From the NCBI GenBank assembly GCA_051532055.1, contig JAOPTX010000057.1:1-64000 (forward strand): a stretch of DNA of 64,000 nucleotides, read 5' to 3'. A program made the position numbers and the translations under genes. Source of the DNA: Fibrobacterales bacterium (GTDB lineage Bacteria; Fibrobacterota; Fibrobacteria; Fibrobacterales; JAOPTW01). The notes under the pieces were generated by a model, which was not told where the DNA came from, did no database searches, and saw only the letters and a program-made list of their open reading frames with translations. Below, piece by piece: positions 1-9,132 of the stretch (position 1 is its first letter; each line of letters begins with the position of its first letter).

Positions 1-269
1 GAGCTTTCTGAAGATGTTCCCGTTTCTGAAGAGCTGATTGGTTGCTCAGATGAATCAGTCTCACTGCTCGAACTCTCAGTTGGATTGTCGCTCGATGATA
101 CTCTGTCGTTTGAAGATTCAGTAATTGCTTCACTACTTGAGAATTCATTTGAACTCTCTTGTTGGATAGCACTTGATGACTCATTTTGAGATGTCTCTTC
201 TGGTGCGTTACTGATACATTGAGTAAGTACTAGTGGAATAACTAATAATGTGAGAATGTGCTTTTTCAT
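1..269 (-). CDS. Ser-rich lipoprotein, N-terminal part (runs off window edge)
   Basis: ATG at 269 (minus) reads MKKHILTLLVIPLVLTQCISNAPEETSQNESSS..., a signal peptide plus Cys followed by an S/E-rich linker; open to the window start. Confidence 0.7.
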   Translation of the reverse strand, partial: MKKHILTLLVIPLVLTQCISNAPEETSQNESSSAIQQESSNEFSSSEAITESSNDRVSSSDNPTESSSSETDSSEQPISSSETGTSSES

Positions 270-549
270 AAGAGTATCCTTAACGTTCAATAGGTATAAC
301 ATAGCATATTGCTCCTCTTTTTATATTGAAGTACGTACGAGCACTGTAATATAGTGTTCTCAAATTGAGAGCAGTTTGAAATGGGTTTGTATTATAAGAA
401 AAGTCATAAATGCTTATCAAAAACACCGTGATATCTCATTCTGAAATACCAAATCTAACAATGCAGAGACCAAGTAGGAGTGCTTTGCTTTGTGGATACT
501 CTCTAACTGTTCAGATGGGTGTTAGCAGGGGATGGCGTGCTCTTTTCAG

Positions 550-628
550 GATAATAGTAGGTGCTGGTATATAGGGGCTAGGATCTGTTGGTGAAATTGG
601 TATTTTGTACGGTATAGACTTACCCTTT
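550..628. repeat. Dispersed repeat B copy 1 (upstream of GNAT gene)
   Basis: gataatagtaggtgctggtatataggggctaggatctgttggtgaaattggtattttgtacggtatagac aligns ungapped with 1466-1544 (~85% by eye). Confidence 0.85.
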
Positions 629-678
629 AAATAATGAGAACTCTATTTGGCGAGCTATTTTCTCAGCCATAAAAGTTA

Positions 679-1143
679 TTGACTATGAAACCTGGAATTA
701 GAATCGCAACCATAGATGATGTAGATACGATTGTACCGTTGTTAACAGAACTCTTCGCTCAAGATATTGAATTTGTGCCAGATGTTTATGCACAGAAGAT
801 AGGTGTTTCAGAGATTATATCTAGCCCTGATTTTGGTACAATTTTTCTCGCTGAAATTGACAATCAAATAATTGGTATGCTCAACACTTTATACACCATT
901 AGTACAGCAAAAGGTGGTAAGGTCGCAATTTTCGAAGATATGATAATTACACGTGGCCATCAAGGCAATGGCTATGGTTCTCATTTGTTAAAATTTGGTA
1001 TAGACTATGTAAACAATTTGAGCATTTCTCGAATCACCCTATTGACTGATTTTGACAACTATAATGCGATTTCGTTTTATGAAAAACATGGTTTTTCTAA
1101 GTCAGCGATGATTCCATATAGACTTCAACTGGTAAATGGCTGA
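679..1143 (+). CDS. GNAT family N-acetyltransferase
   Basis: IRIATIDD N-terminus, acetyl-CoA motif HQGNGYGSHLL, C-terminal NYNAISFYEKHGF; real start possibly ATG 685. Confidence 0.92.
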   Translation: MTMKPGIRIATIDDVDTIVPLLTELFAQDIEFVPDVYAQKIGVSEIISSPDFGTIFLAEIDNQIIGMLNTLYTISTAKGGKVAIFEDMIITRGHQGNGYGSHLLKFGIDYVNNLSISRITLLTDFDNYNAISFYEKHGFSKSAMIPYRLQLVNG

Positions 1144-1206
1144 GTAAACTAATGTGAAGAAATTACAAGCGGCGTTCCGATCCTAATTCTTTCTACGCTA
1201 AACGTG

Positions 1207-1346
1207 GATCATAGGGTGGTTTCTTCTTTACTCTGTAGGTAAATACACTTCTGTACTCAGCAGCAGCTCAGTCTTTGTGTTGTGTCGGTTATTAAAAATC
1301 ACTACCCCAATCACCCCATTTCTCTCTACCTGAATTCAGTGGTTCT
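1207..1346. repeat. Dispersed repeat A copy 1
   Basis: Matches 2398-2537 (shared cacttctgtactca, cggttatt, cactaccccaatca, tacctgaattcagtggttct). Confidence 0.85.
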
Positions 1347-1465
1347 GGTGCATCTTTGAATACAAGCGGTGGAGTTCTGTCGATGAGGCATTCTCAGCTT
1401 CAGGGATGGGGAAGATGTAGTAGGGGTGTTATAGACGTTCCTTGGGGGTTGCATGGTGATTTTAT

Positions 1466-1544
1466 GATAATGGTAGGTGCTGGGATGTAGGGGCTGTGAT
1501 CTGTTGATTAAATTGGTATTTTGTATGGTATAAACTAACCTTTT
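1466..1544. repeat. Dispersed repeat B copy 2
   Basis: Matches 550-628. Confidence 0.85.
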
Positions 1545-1594
1545 GTATACTAAGAGTTATGTGTTCACACACCTAAATCTACTACTTCTACAAT

Positions 1595-1954
1595 ATGAAC
1601 GCATGGATACAGTACCCACACACTATTGATAAAGAATATTTTGAGATAGAGATATATCAGATTAAAGATTTTTTGACAAAAACTGACTGGTCCTCTTTAT
1701 TTTCACAATACTATCAAAAAGATGAAGATGTCAATCACCCAGGAATCGGTCTAGAATCAAAATCAGAAGCTTATATTTTAATCACTCCATTTGATTCGAA
1801 CCTATCAAGCTTTACCATACACGAACTTTACCTTTCGAAATACTTATTCTTTTTCACTAAAGAAGTTAACCATATACATGACGATTTGATTTTAGAAGAC
1901 GTTCTAAGCTTTATCGATGAGTTTTTTGATATAGATTGTAGAGTTAATACTTAG
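1595..1954 (+). CDS. Hypothetical protein
   Basis: 119-aa ATG-initiated ORF with protein-like acidic composition; no recognised motif. Confidence 0.6.
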   Translation: MNAWIQYPHTIDKEYFEIEIYQIKDFLTKTDWSSLFSQYYQKDEDVNHPGIGLESKSEAYILITPFDSNLSSFTIHELYLSKYLFFFTKEVNHIHDDLILEDVLSFIDEFFDIDCRVNT

Positions 1955-1978
1955 TCAGAAACATCGACATAACAAACT

Positions 1979-2302
1979 GTGTTAAAACCAAGAACTATGA
2001 TGCAAAATAAAGTGAAACAATTTCCTCAATCATTAAGAAGCCTCCAAAAGAGACTGTTAGTAGCTTGGGTTCTATTTCTTCCCGTATTTGTTGTTTTAAT
2101 GTTGATCCCTAAGTTTGTGGGAATTCAATTAGCTTTCTCACTCATTGGGATTTCATATTTTGCATATATGGTACACCAAATTTTTAGCATATGTGAGACC
2201 AAGTGTCCAAAATGTGAAAAACCCTTTGTTAGTATTTTCTTTCACTGGGACATTACTGAAAAGAAGTGTAATCACTGCCAATACGATTATAGTCAGGGAT
2301 AG
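1979..2302 (+). CDS. Small membrane protein with C-terminal CxxC...CxxC zinc-ribbon-like motif
   Basis: Two hydrophobic segments followed by KCPKCEK...KCNHC. Confidence 0.65.
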   Translation: MLKPRTMMQNKVKQFPQSLRSLQKRLLVAWVLFLPVFVVLMLIPKFVGIQLAFSLIGISYFAYMVHQIFSICETKCPKCEKPFVSIFFHWDITEKKCNHCQYDYSQG

Positions 2303-2397
2303 ATCCTCTAGCAAAAATAATATCTCTATGTCCCCTCAAGTCAAGAAAAAAATTGAGCACACAGTAGTAGAGCCAAGAATGCTATCAGCGGAACTTT

Positions 2398-2537
2398 GAT
2401 CATAACAATGGTCTCTTCTTTACCCTGAAACTAAACACACTTCTGTACTCAACTACAACTCAGTCTATGGGTTGTGCCGGTTATTGAAAACCACTACCCC
2501 AATCATCCATTTCTCTATACCTGAATTCAGTGGTTCT
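2398..2537. repeat. Dispersed repeat A copy 2
   Basis: Matches 1207-1346. Confidence 0.85.
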
Positions 2538-2828
2538 TCCGATACCTCTGTCGTTTCGGGTTTTTGTTACATGAAAGGTGGATTGATTGTGGTTGAGTGC
2601 TCGCTTAGGAGTAAAATGACTCGCAGTAATAGTTGGATTAGAAATATCATTTCTTGTAGGATGGCTATGGTATAACTCCAATGTATTGGTACAAAGTGGG
2701 CTGAGAGAGCCGGTGTTGATCTTGACCATGCTCATATTGAATGGCCTATAGTGATTACTCTCTTTAAATCAATAGCTGCAATTGCTAAATCTATATCATT
2801 AATCGCCTTTTATTTTTAATGAGCTCTT

Positions 2829-4373
2829 GTGGTATCAATGAAAAAAATAACCTTACGCAATACTATACTGGTACTGGGAATCATCTTTCAATGTGTCAGT
2901 GCATCAGAGGTGTCGGCCCCTTGCAGAGAGCATGATGCGCTCATTCTTATTCCCTCGGCATCAATCAACTGTGGTCTTAGTGTTACCATACAGACCTATA
3001 GTGGCTACTTACATGTTGCGTCCGTTGATTATGAGGGAAAGGTCTCATATCTACTAGGTACCCAAAAATTAAGCTTGAGTGATGATGCACTCACTTTTTT
3101 CGGAGTCAAAACATTAGTGTATCGATCAAAGGATAGTCGTACTTTAATTTCTCTACTTGGGACGTATAGCTTAGATGCTGGTAATGAGTATTATCGTAGA
3201 ACATCAGTGTTGAGTACTGAAGAGGCATACAATTGGGATTATGATAGATTTGGGGTTGGGGTACTCGGCTCTTTTATGATAACTCCTCAAGGAGTATTGA
3301 ATACTGATTTGAGTTACTCGTATCTTAAGTATGGATATGTATGGAATGGCGCTGTTGGGTTCAGTAAGAGAATGACTGATCACCTTTCGATGGTTATTGA
3401 ATTAAATGGTAGTTTTGGCGAGAGTGAATTGTATGAAGAGGAATTGGGTCATCTGACGACTCACGAAATTGACCAGGGTAGCGGCGTAAGTCCTGGAGGC
3501 CCAACACCTGGATATGAAAATAATACGAGTATTCCAGTTAAGGGTAGAAATGAGGCTCGATATCCCCGGCCTATGAGTGTGACACCAGTGCTTGGTTTGC
3601 AATACCAGAACTCTGGCTTTTTTGTAGATGGAGGGGTTCGGTTATTTTTAGGGACTCTTAATAAAGAGAACCACACGGTTGATTACCCAGTGTTTCCGTA
3701 TGTAGGAGTAGGGTATACCTTCTCATTGGTAGAACAGCTAAATGATGAAGGCTCAGTAAAAGAGGTAGAATCAGATATTTGTTTTGGAGTGAGTACTGAT
3801 ATTTCGATGGTATCAGAGTATAGTACTGAAAGAGAGCCTTCTGTATCTTTTGAGTCTGACTTTACTACAAGTATGGGGATTGGGATGTTTACTCGATATA
3901 CTATTGATGCTATTAGTTTTGAATTAGGTATTGAATACCGATATCGATCTATAATCAATAATCTCACCTTAGACAATGCATCGTCTTCTACACCGTTGTA
4001 CTATGAAGTGATTAACATTGATCAGCATTTACTTGGTATTCCCTTTACTGTAGAACATCCGGTATTCAGTACTGCTTTTGTGCAGGCAGGTGGGTTTATC
4101 TCAGTCCCTCTTCGTAGTGAGGTGTACTCAGGGGAGAAGCAGGCAAGCGAAGGGTTATTGGATTCAAAAGTGTCAATACAGTCATATAGTTATGGTCTGA
4201 TTATGGGGGCGGGTGTTGTGGTAATGCCTTCGGTGCAGCTTCTCTATAGATATAAACGGGGACTGCGTCCTTTGAGTGATGCTGTGGTGTTGAGGGGTGA
4301 TTATGTTGATAATGCAGAGCTTGGCAAATTGTTTGTTAAGGAGTACTCTCTTTCTGTTCGATATTTGTTTTAG
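2829..4373 (+). CDS. Secreted/outer-membrane beta-barrel protein (C-terminal porin/PorT-like barrel)
   Basis: Signal peptide, alternating beta-strand patterns (FELGIEYRYR, YGLIMGAG), terminal aromatic SLSVRYLF. Confidence 0.65.
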   Translation: MVSMKKITLRNTILVLGIIFQCVSASEVSAPCREHDALILIPSASINCGLSVTIQTYSGYLHVASVDYEGKVSYLLGTQKLSLSDDALTFFGVKTLVYRSKDSRTLISLLGTYSLDAGNEYYRRTSVLSTEEAYNWDYDRFGVGVLGSFMITPQGVLNTDLSYSYLKYGYVWNGAVGFSKRMTDHLSMVIELNGSFGESELYEEELGHLTTHEIDQGSGVSPGGPTPGYENNTSIPVKGRNEARYPRPMSVTPVLGLQYQNSGFFVDGGVRLFLGTLNKENHTVDYPVFPYVGVGYTFSLVEQLNDEGSVKEVESDICFGVSTDISMVSEYSTEREPSVSFESDFTTSMGIGMFTRYTIDAISFELGIEYRYRSIINNLTLDNASSSTPLYYEVINIDQHLLGIPFTVEHPVFSTAFVQAGGFISVPLRSEVYSGEKQASEGLLDSKVSIQSYSYGLIMGAGVVVMPSVQLLYRYKRGLRPLSDAVVLRGDYVDNAELGKLFVKEYSLSVRYLF

Positions 4374-4606
4374 GGGCGCTACAGCAAAACAAAAATTGTT
4401 GTAAAGTATGCCAAGAAGGCCAAGAACGTCATCAGCGAAACTTGGATCACAGTGGCCATTAGATTTTTCAGCATAACTGATCAAATTATTCATCTTCACA
4501 AGATTCATTGGTATTTTAGCCACTAAATTCTAAAGATACTGTTTTGAATTTTTCATTTAATAGTATTTTTGCGTCATTCAAATATCACGCAGTATCATGA
4601 GAGCAC

Positions 4607-5404
4607 ATGAAAAGAGCATTAGCGAGTATTATCATATTGGGAACGATTATCATTCAAGGCTGTTTATTTTCTTCTACTGAAATAAGTGAACCCACGACAG
4701 TTCTAGAAGACACTTTTGAAGGTTGTTCAGATGGGCTCGATAACGATTTAGATGGGTACACTGACTGTGACGATCAAGATTGCGCTATATTTGCTCGTTG
4801 CCTGAGTATTGAATCTTCCGCTGCATTTCAGAGTAGCGTTATTTCTGAACCCGAATATCCTGATCAAATCAATATAACAATACATGGCGTAGTCATTGCG
4901 CCCTCAAAATCTTCGGGTAACCCATGGGATGGAACAGAAATTGATGTAGCGACTATAAAAGCATTTCAGGACTTAATTGCAAAAGTAACGGGTAAGGATT
5001 ACATTGGTGGGGAGTCGGTAATAAAAGTCGTCTCTTATCTCAGTGACCAAGCTAATACGGTATTTGGTCCACCTGATGCTGAAATTAAGGCAGCAATTGA
5101 TATTGGTTGAGGGTTCCAAGATTTAAAAACTGTTTCTGGAATAAATGAAAATACGTATGTCCCTTCCTTTGAAGGGTGTTCTTATAACTTTATTTTTACT
5201 GCTGATAAACCGAGTATAAATATTGTTGCATCAGATGACGATTTGTTCGATCCAGATGAGATTGCTCAAGTTGTCATTACTTGGAAGGAGATTCAAGAGG
5301 TTCTTTCATTTGATGGAGAGATAGTTGATGTTTTTATGTGGCATAAATTAAGTGCGAATAAACAGTTAGTCGCCGTGCGGTTATCAGTGACCAAGGTTCG
5401 ATAG
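4607..5404 (+). pseudogene. Lipoprotein with Asp/Cys-rich motif and C2-like domain, interrupted by in-frame TGA at 5108-5110
   Basis: Lipobox IIQGC and CSDGLDNDLDGYTDCDDQDC; the same frame continues 97 codons past TGA (GFQDLKTV...ASDDDLFDPDEIA...SVTKVR) to TAG 5402-5404. Confidence 0.7.
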
Positions 5405-5557
5405 CGTTTGACTGGAGCCATGGTAGTGTATCTGGCCTGATATATGCAATAAGTATTTAACTTGATAGGTGCGCTGCTAGCAATCCTAGGCAAGGTGTCT
5501 CAAATAGTCGGCGCCACAATATATGTCAGTCTTAGGGTTGTAGTACTAACTCTTGTG

Positions 5558-6598
5558 TTATTGGCTTTTAATACAACGGATTGAGTTTTGGCACATCGCA
5601 TAAGAATTAGAGGTTTTTATTGAATGTGAAAAAAATAAAATTTCATCTCTCTGAGGCTCTGAATGATATGTTTCATCAGGTAATCGATCAGCGGTCCAAA
5701 AGGTGGTTCTCCAACCAATAGTTAAGTATTTATTAAATAAACTTCCCGAAGGTAAAATAGAGAACCCGTAATTATCTGTTATATACGGTGAGTTTCTCCA
5801 AATACCTGCCGCTAATAGTTTTTGGGTTACATGCCCGCTCCAATCACCATAACTATCTTTTAATGTGTAATCGTGGTCAATTTCATTTGCAACTGTTTCA
5901 AATAAAGTATCCCATTCTGAAATTGATGGTAGGTGCCAACCTTCTGGACAAATACCTTGTAATGGGTGAGTTATTGATGAATCTTCTAAACTAAGGCCAG
6001 TGGCTGTCGTCCAACTGTAAAGCCGGCCATAGTAATCACAATTTGTAGGAACGCCATCATAGCAAGAACTACCAAAGGTGCTTTCATAATTGAGGTTTTT
6101 AGCCATCCAACTTTGCTTTCCTATTTTGACATAGGGATATTTCTGGCTATCTCTATTGTCAACAAAAAATATTTTTTGAGAATCTTGAATAGTTACAGTG
6201 TCAATCCTTACGTTTTTGATGGATTCATTCGTAGAGTCTTTTAGAGTCGTTGTGATATATGCACTTGTACCGGCATAGGATTGCGGTATAATGAATGCCA
6301 ACGTGTCTTCAGCGTATCGTTCATAGGATGGCACTATTGTATCAAGTAACGGTTCAATAAGGCCATCTTCATAGGTGATTGTTAATGTGAGAACAATTGT
6401 AGTTTTGCTCATAAATTGAATCTTAAATATCGGACGGAGTAATACTTCTGTTGAAAAATTACTTGGTTCTAGATGTTCCCAGTCAATGATTGGAGTAGTT
6501 GTTTGATTTTCATTTTCAAAAAAAAGACCACAGTGAAATAGTGAAATCATACACAAAATTACGCTAAAATAACGGAAACAATATTTTGATAAACTCAT
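5558..6598 (-). CDS. FISUMP (Fibrobacter succinogenes major paralogous domain, TIGR02145-type) lipoprotein
   Basis: DNRDSQKYPYVKIGKQSWMAKNLNY, YGRLYSW, QGICPEGWHLPSISEW, SIRCIK. Confidence 0.92.
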   Translation of the reverse strand: MSLSKYCFRYFSVILCMISLFHCGLFFENENQTTTPIIDWEHLEPSNFSTEVLLRPIFKIQFMSKTTIVLTLTITYEDGLIEPLLDTIVPSYERYAEDTLAFIIPQSYAGTSAYITTTLKDSTNESIKNVRIDTVTIQDSQKIFFVDNRDSQKYPYVKIGKQSWMAKNLNYESTFGSSCYDGVPTNCDYYGRLYSWTTATGLSLEDSSITHPLQGICPEGWHLPSISEWDTLFETVANEIDHDYTLKDSYGDWSGHVTQKLLAAGIWRNSPYITDNYGFSILPSGSLFNKYLTIGWRTTFWTADRLPDETYHSEPQRDEILFFSHSIKTSNSYAMCQNSIRCIKSQ

Positions 6599-7179
6599 GA
6601 TTGTCCTGCACTTGGAGTGTATGATGTTTTTATGTCTAGAAAATTCATTGTTAGTGTATCAATCTACGATGTTTGCCGGTCAAAAAATAGCTTATAATCA
6701 TAGGTATCCTATTGGTTCTTCTGAAATTTCTTCTAAAGCTATCTACAATCTCACGCGCCCGCTCACCGGTGTTCTATTCCCGATAGGTTTCGTATACGTA
6801 TACAATTCTATTGTTCTGGCAGTTGGAACATAAGTGTTCTCAGTACTTACTTGTCAATGGGGTAGAATAGGGGAGGCTAATGGGGAGAGGACTAACTGAA
6901 TACAGGTAGTAGATAAATATATTACGTAACTAATACTTTTGGGCTATAGGGAGTTGGTCTAAGTCTTTCTAGTTTCTTTGGGGAATCAAGGGGGGAGATT
7001 TACCCGATATTGGGAGAAGTGAGTGAAAGAGAATAAAACTGCAGGGTATTATTGTCATAAAGCATCGTTAAACGGTATTCGGCTCCCAAGGTTGCACCGG
7101 TTGAGGCTGTTACCATTCAGGTGGATAGCTTGGAAAGTGGAGGTGCTGAGGTGGGTGCCGGGTATATAATAAATAGAGG

Positions 7180-8013
7180 TTGGAGTGTATGAGTATGCCA
7201 GAGATATCATCTAAACGGGAAATACTGACTTTTCTATTACCGCTTATTTCATTTTGGGTGATCGTTCATTATACGATCTCGTACCTATGGTATTCACAGA
7301 TATTCGCTCACTATGGTGTACCACTGTTTCCGACCCTCTCCATGTATGACTTTTCTTTTGGGTTCATTAGTGTAAATATTCATTTGCTCCCGATGATAGG
7401 TAATCTGTTGTTTCTCTATGGAGTAGCAGTCGTCTTCTCTAAGCTCGACGGAAGGATCAAGGAACCAGGTCTCAGTAGATTTGAAACGTTTGTAGGTGAC
7501 AAAATAAAAATCATTTTTCGAATGCTCCCTGACTCAGTACAACTGACTCTTAATAACAAATGGCGACGTGCGAAGATGTGGGTATTCGGTATCATATGGG
7601 CTGGCTTTGTAAGTTTAATAGCGTGGTATGCGTTACAGAAGATACTTGCCATCAGTACATTTACAGCGCAGATGGGTGTTTATCTGGGGCTGTGTGCCCT
7701 GGCAATAGCAGCTCGTTATGTACGCAAGTATAGCATTTCATTTGTTCTCTTCTGTATGCTGGTATTTGGCATATGGGTTCATCTATTAATTACAGAGGCG
7801 GTGGATGGGGTTATTTCGAAGTCTTCGGATAGATCTATGACTCATACTAGTGTTGTCTCTTTTCGGTATAAATCGAAGGTGATTACTACCTCTGATAGTT
7901 TACAGGTATTCTATTATAATGATCGGTATTTGTTGACGATTGGGGCGGATAATCGGGTTGAGCGGTTGGATATGGGGGATGTTGATTTGGTTGTGTATGG
8001 GGGTGAGAGATGA
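7180..8013 (+). CDS. Hypothetical multi-pass membrane protein
   Basis: About 5 hydrophobic segments plus a soluble C-terminus. Confidence 0.7.
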   Translation: MECMSMPEISSKREILTFLLPLISFWVIVHYTISYLWYSQIFAHYGVPLFPTLSMYDFSFGFISVNIHLLPMIGNLLFLYGVAVVFSKLDGRIKEPGLSRFETFVGDKIKIIFRMLPDSVQLTLNNKWRRAKMWVFGIIWAGFVSLIAWYALQKILAISTFTAQMGVYLGLCALAIAARYVRKYSISFVLFCMLVFGIWVHLLITEAVDGVISKSSDRSMTHTSVVSFRYKSKVITTSDSLQVFYYNDRYLLTIGADNRVERLDMGDVDLVVYGGER

Positions 8014-8143
8014 TTATCGAATTCCATACAGAGGACATCCACTCTTCAGGGGGGGATAACTTCTAGTGCAGAGAAATGGCGGTCAGATAACCGTCACACC
8101 AATCTTGAAGGTTGGTGAGTATATATTCACGCTCGTTGAAGTT
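8012..8143 (-). pseudogene. Possible degraded UPF0149/YecA-like gene fragment
   Basis: Minus frame reads ...LQDWCDGYLTAISLH*KLSPPEEWMSSVW, resembling the DGFLTA...PSEW..IW N-terminal pattern; internal TAG. Confidence 0.3.
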
Positions 8144-8223
8144 TTAGATTGATTCTTCGCCCTGATGTTTGTTTAGGGTGGAGGTTATTGTTTCTATATG
8201 GGTTTTGTTGAGTTGTTCTATGT

Positions 8224-9132
8224 TCATTTTTGACTCTCTTCTTCGTAATTCCACATTCTAAAGTCATCGAGGGTTGCTTGCGCTGCTCCGTATGGATCAG
8301 GGAATAGTGTTGATGCTGTTACCCCATAAAGTGCGCATAATTTCAATAGTTCAGCAGACTTTGTGACTGGTACTGTTATTTTAATTAAGGCTTGGGGATA
8401 GGTGTCTATAAGGTATTGATCAATGTTATGTCTAATTTTAAAGGGATCGGGTTGACCTTTTGGGATATCTTGACGAAGCAGGGTAAAGCACCCTGATTGG
8501 GCAGCGATATTTTTATTAGTACTACTTGGGACTTTGACAATCTCAAGGTCTTTAAAGAGTCCTTTGGATTCAGAATTAAATGCCCAGATTGCTAATCTTT
8601 CGTTCTCTTTCCAGTTAGATTTTCGTTTCAGTGCGCTGGATGCTGAAAAATATGCAGCTACGTGTGAGCGATATGACCAATCAAGCAATCGTGTTGGTAG
8701 GCCATGGTGTTGAGCGTAGGCAAGTAGGTCTCGTACTTCAATTGGCGGCCAAAGTTTCTTTTGGTGTAAATATTGGCCAAAAGCATCGGGATTATTCAGA
8801 GCTAAATGTTTTTCTCTAAATGTTGATGAGTCATTGGGGAGAGCTATACCACTTTTGTCGCAGTGTTCGACAAAGGCTTGGATCGACCGGAATTCGTCAT
8901 ATAAGGTAAACGTTGAATCGAGCCATCTTTTAGCAAGTTCTGGCCGTGATTGTGAAAGGAAGTTCCCTATTCTGAATAAAGAAGGTTCTAAGCACCAGTT
9001 TGCATTTGCTTGCCCTCTGTAGATTATATCATGAGGGTCTTTGAATAGTGCATTTTCTGGGGATAGTAGGTCCCATAATTCTTTTGCTGTAGCGACATCA
9101 ATTGTAGTAAATTGCTGATTTATATTTGTCAT
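8224..9132 (-). CDS. FRG domain-containing protein
   Basis: IIYRGQANANWCLEPSLFR and AQHHGLPTRLLDWS...AAYF signatures, N..AQSGCF, LFPD; 4-nt overlap with RT stop. Confidence 0.93.
   Translation of the reverse strand: MTNINQQFTTIDVATAKELWDLLSPENALFKDPHDIIYRGQANANWCLEPSLFRIGNFLSQSRPELAKRWLDSTFTLYDEFRSIQAFVEHCDKSGIALPNDSSTFREKHLALNNPDAFGQYLHQKKLWPPIEVRDLLAYAQHHGLPTRLLDWSYRSHVAAYFSASSALKRKSNWKENERLAIWAFNSESKGLFKDLEIVKVPSSTNKNIAAQSGCFTLLRQDIPKGQPDPFKIRHNIDQYLIDTYPQALIKITVPVTKSAELLKLCALYGVTASTLFPDPYGAAQATLDDFRMWNYEEESQK

Noticed and set aside
550..2537. Integron attC sites or CRISPR array
   Set aside because: No clear RYYYAAC/GTTRRRY inverted cores, no short regularly spaced identical repeats, and no intI or cas gene in the window.
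5108..5110. Genome-wide UGA recoding
   Set aside because: TGA terminates several conserved genes at expected positions (GNAT, pepP, TIGR02147).
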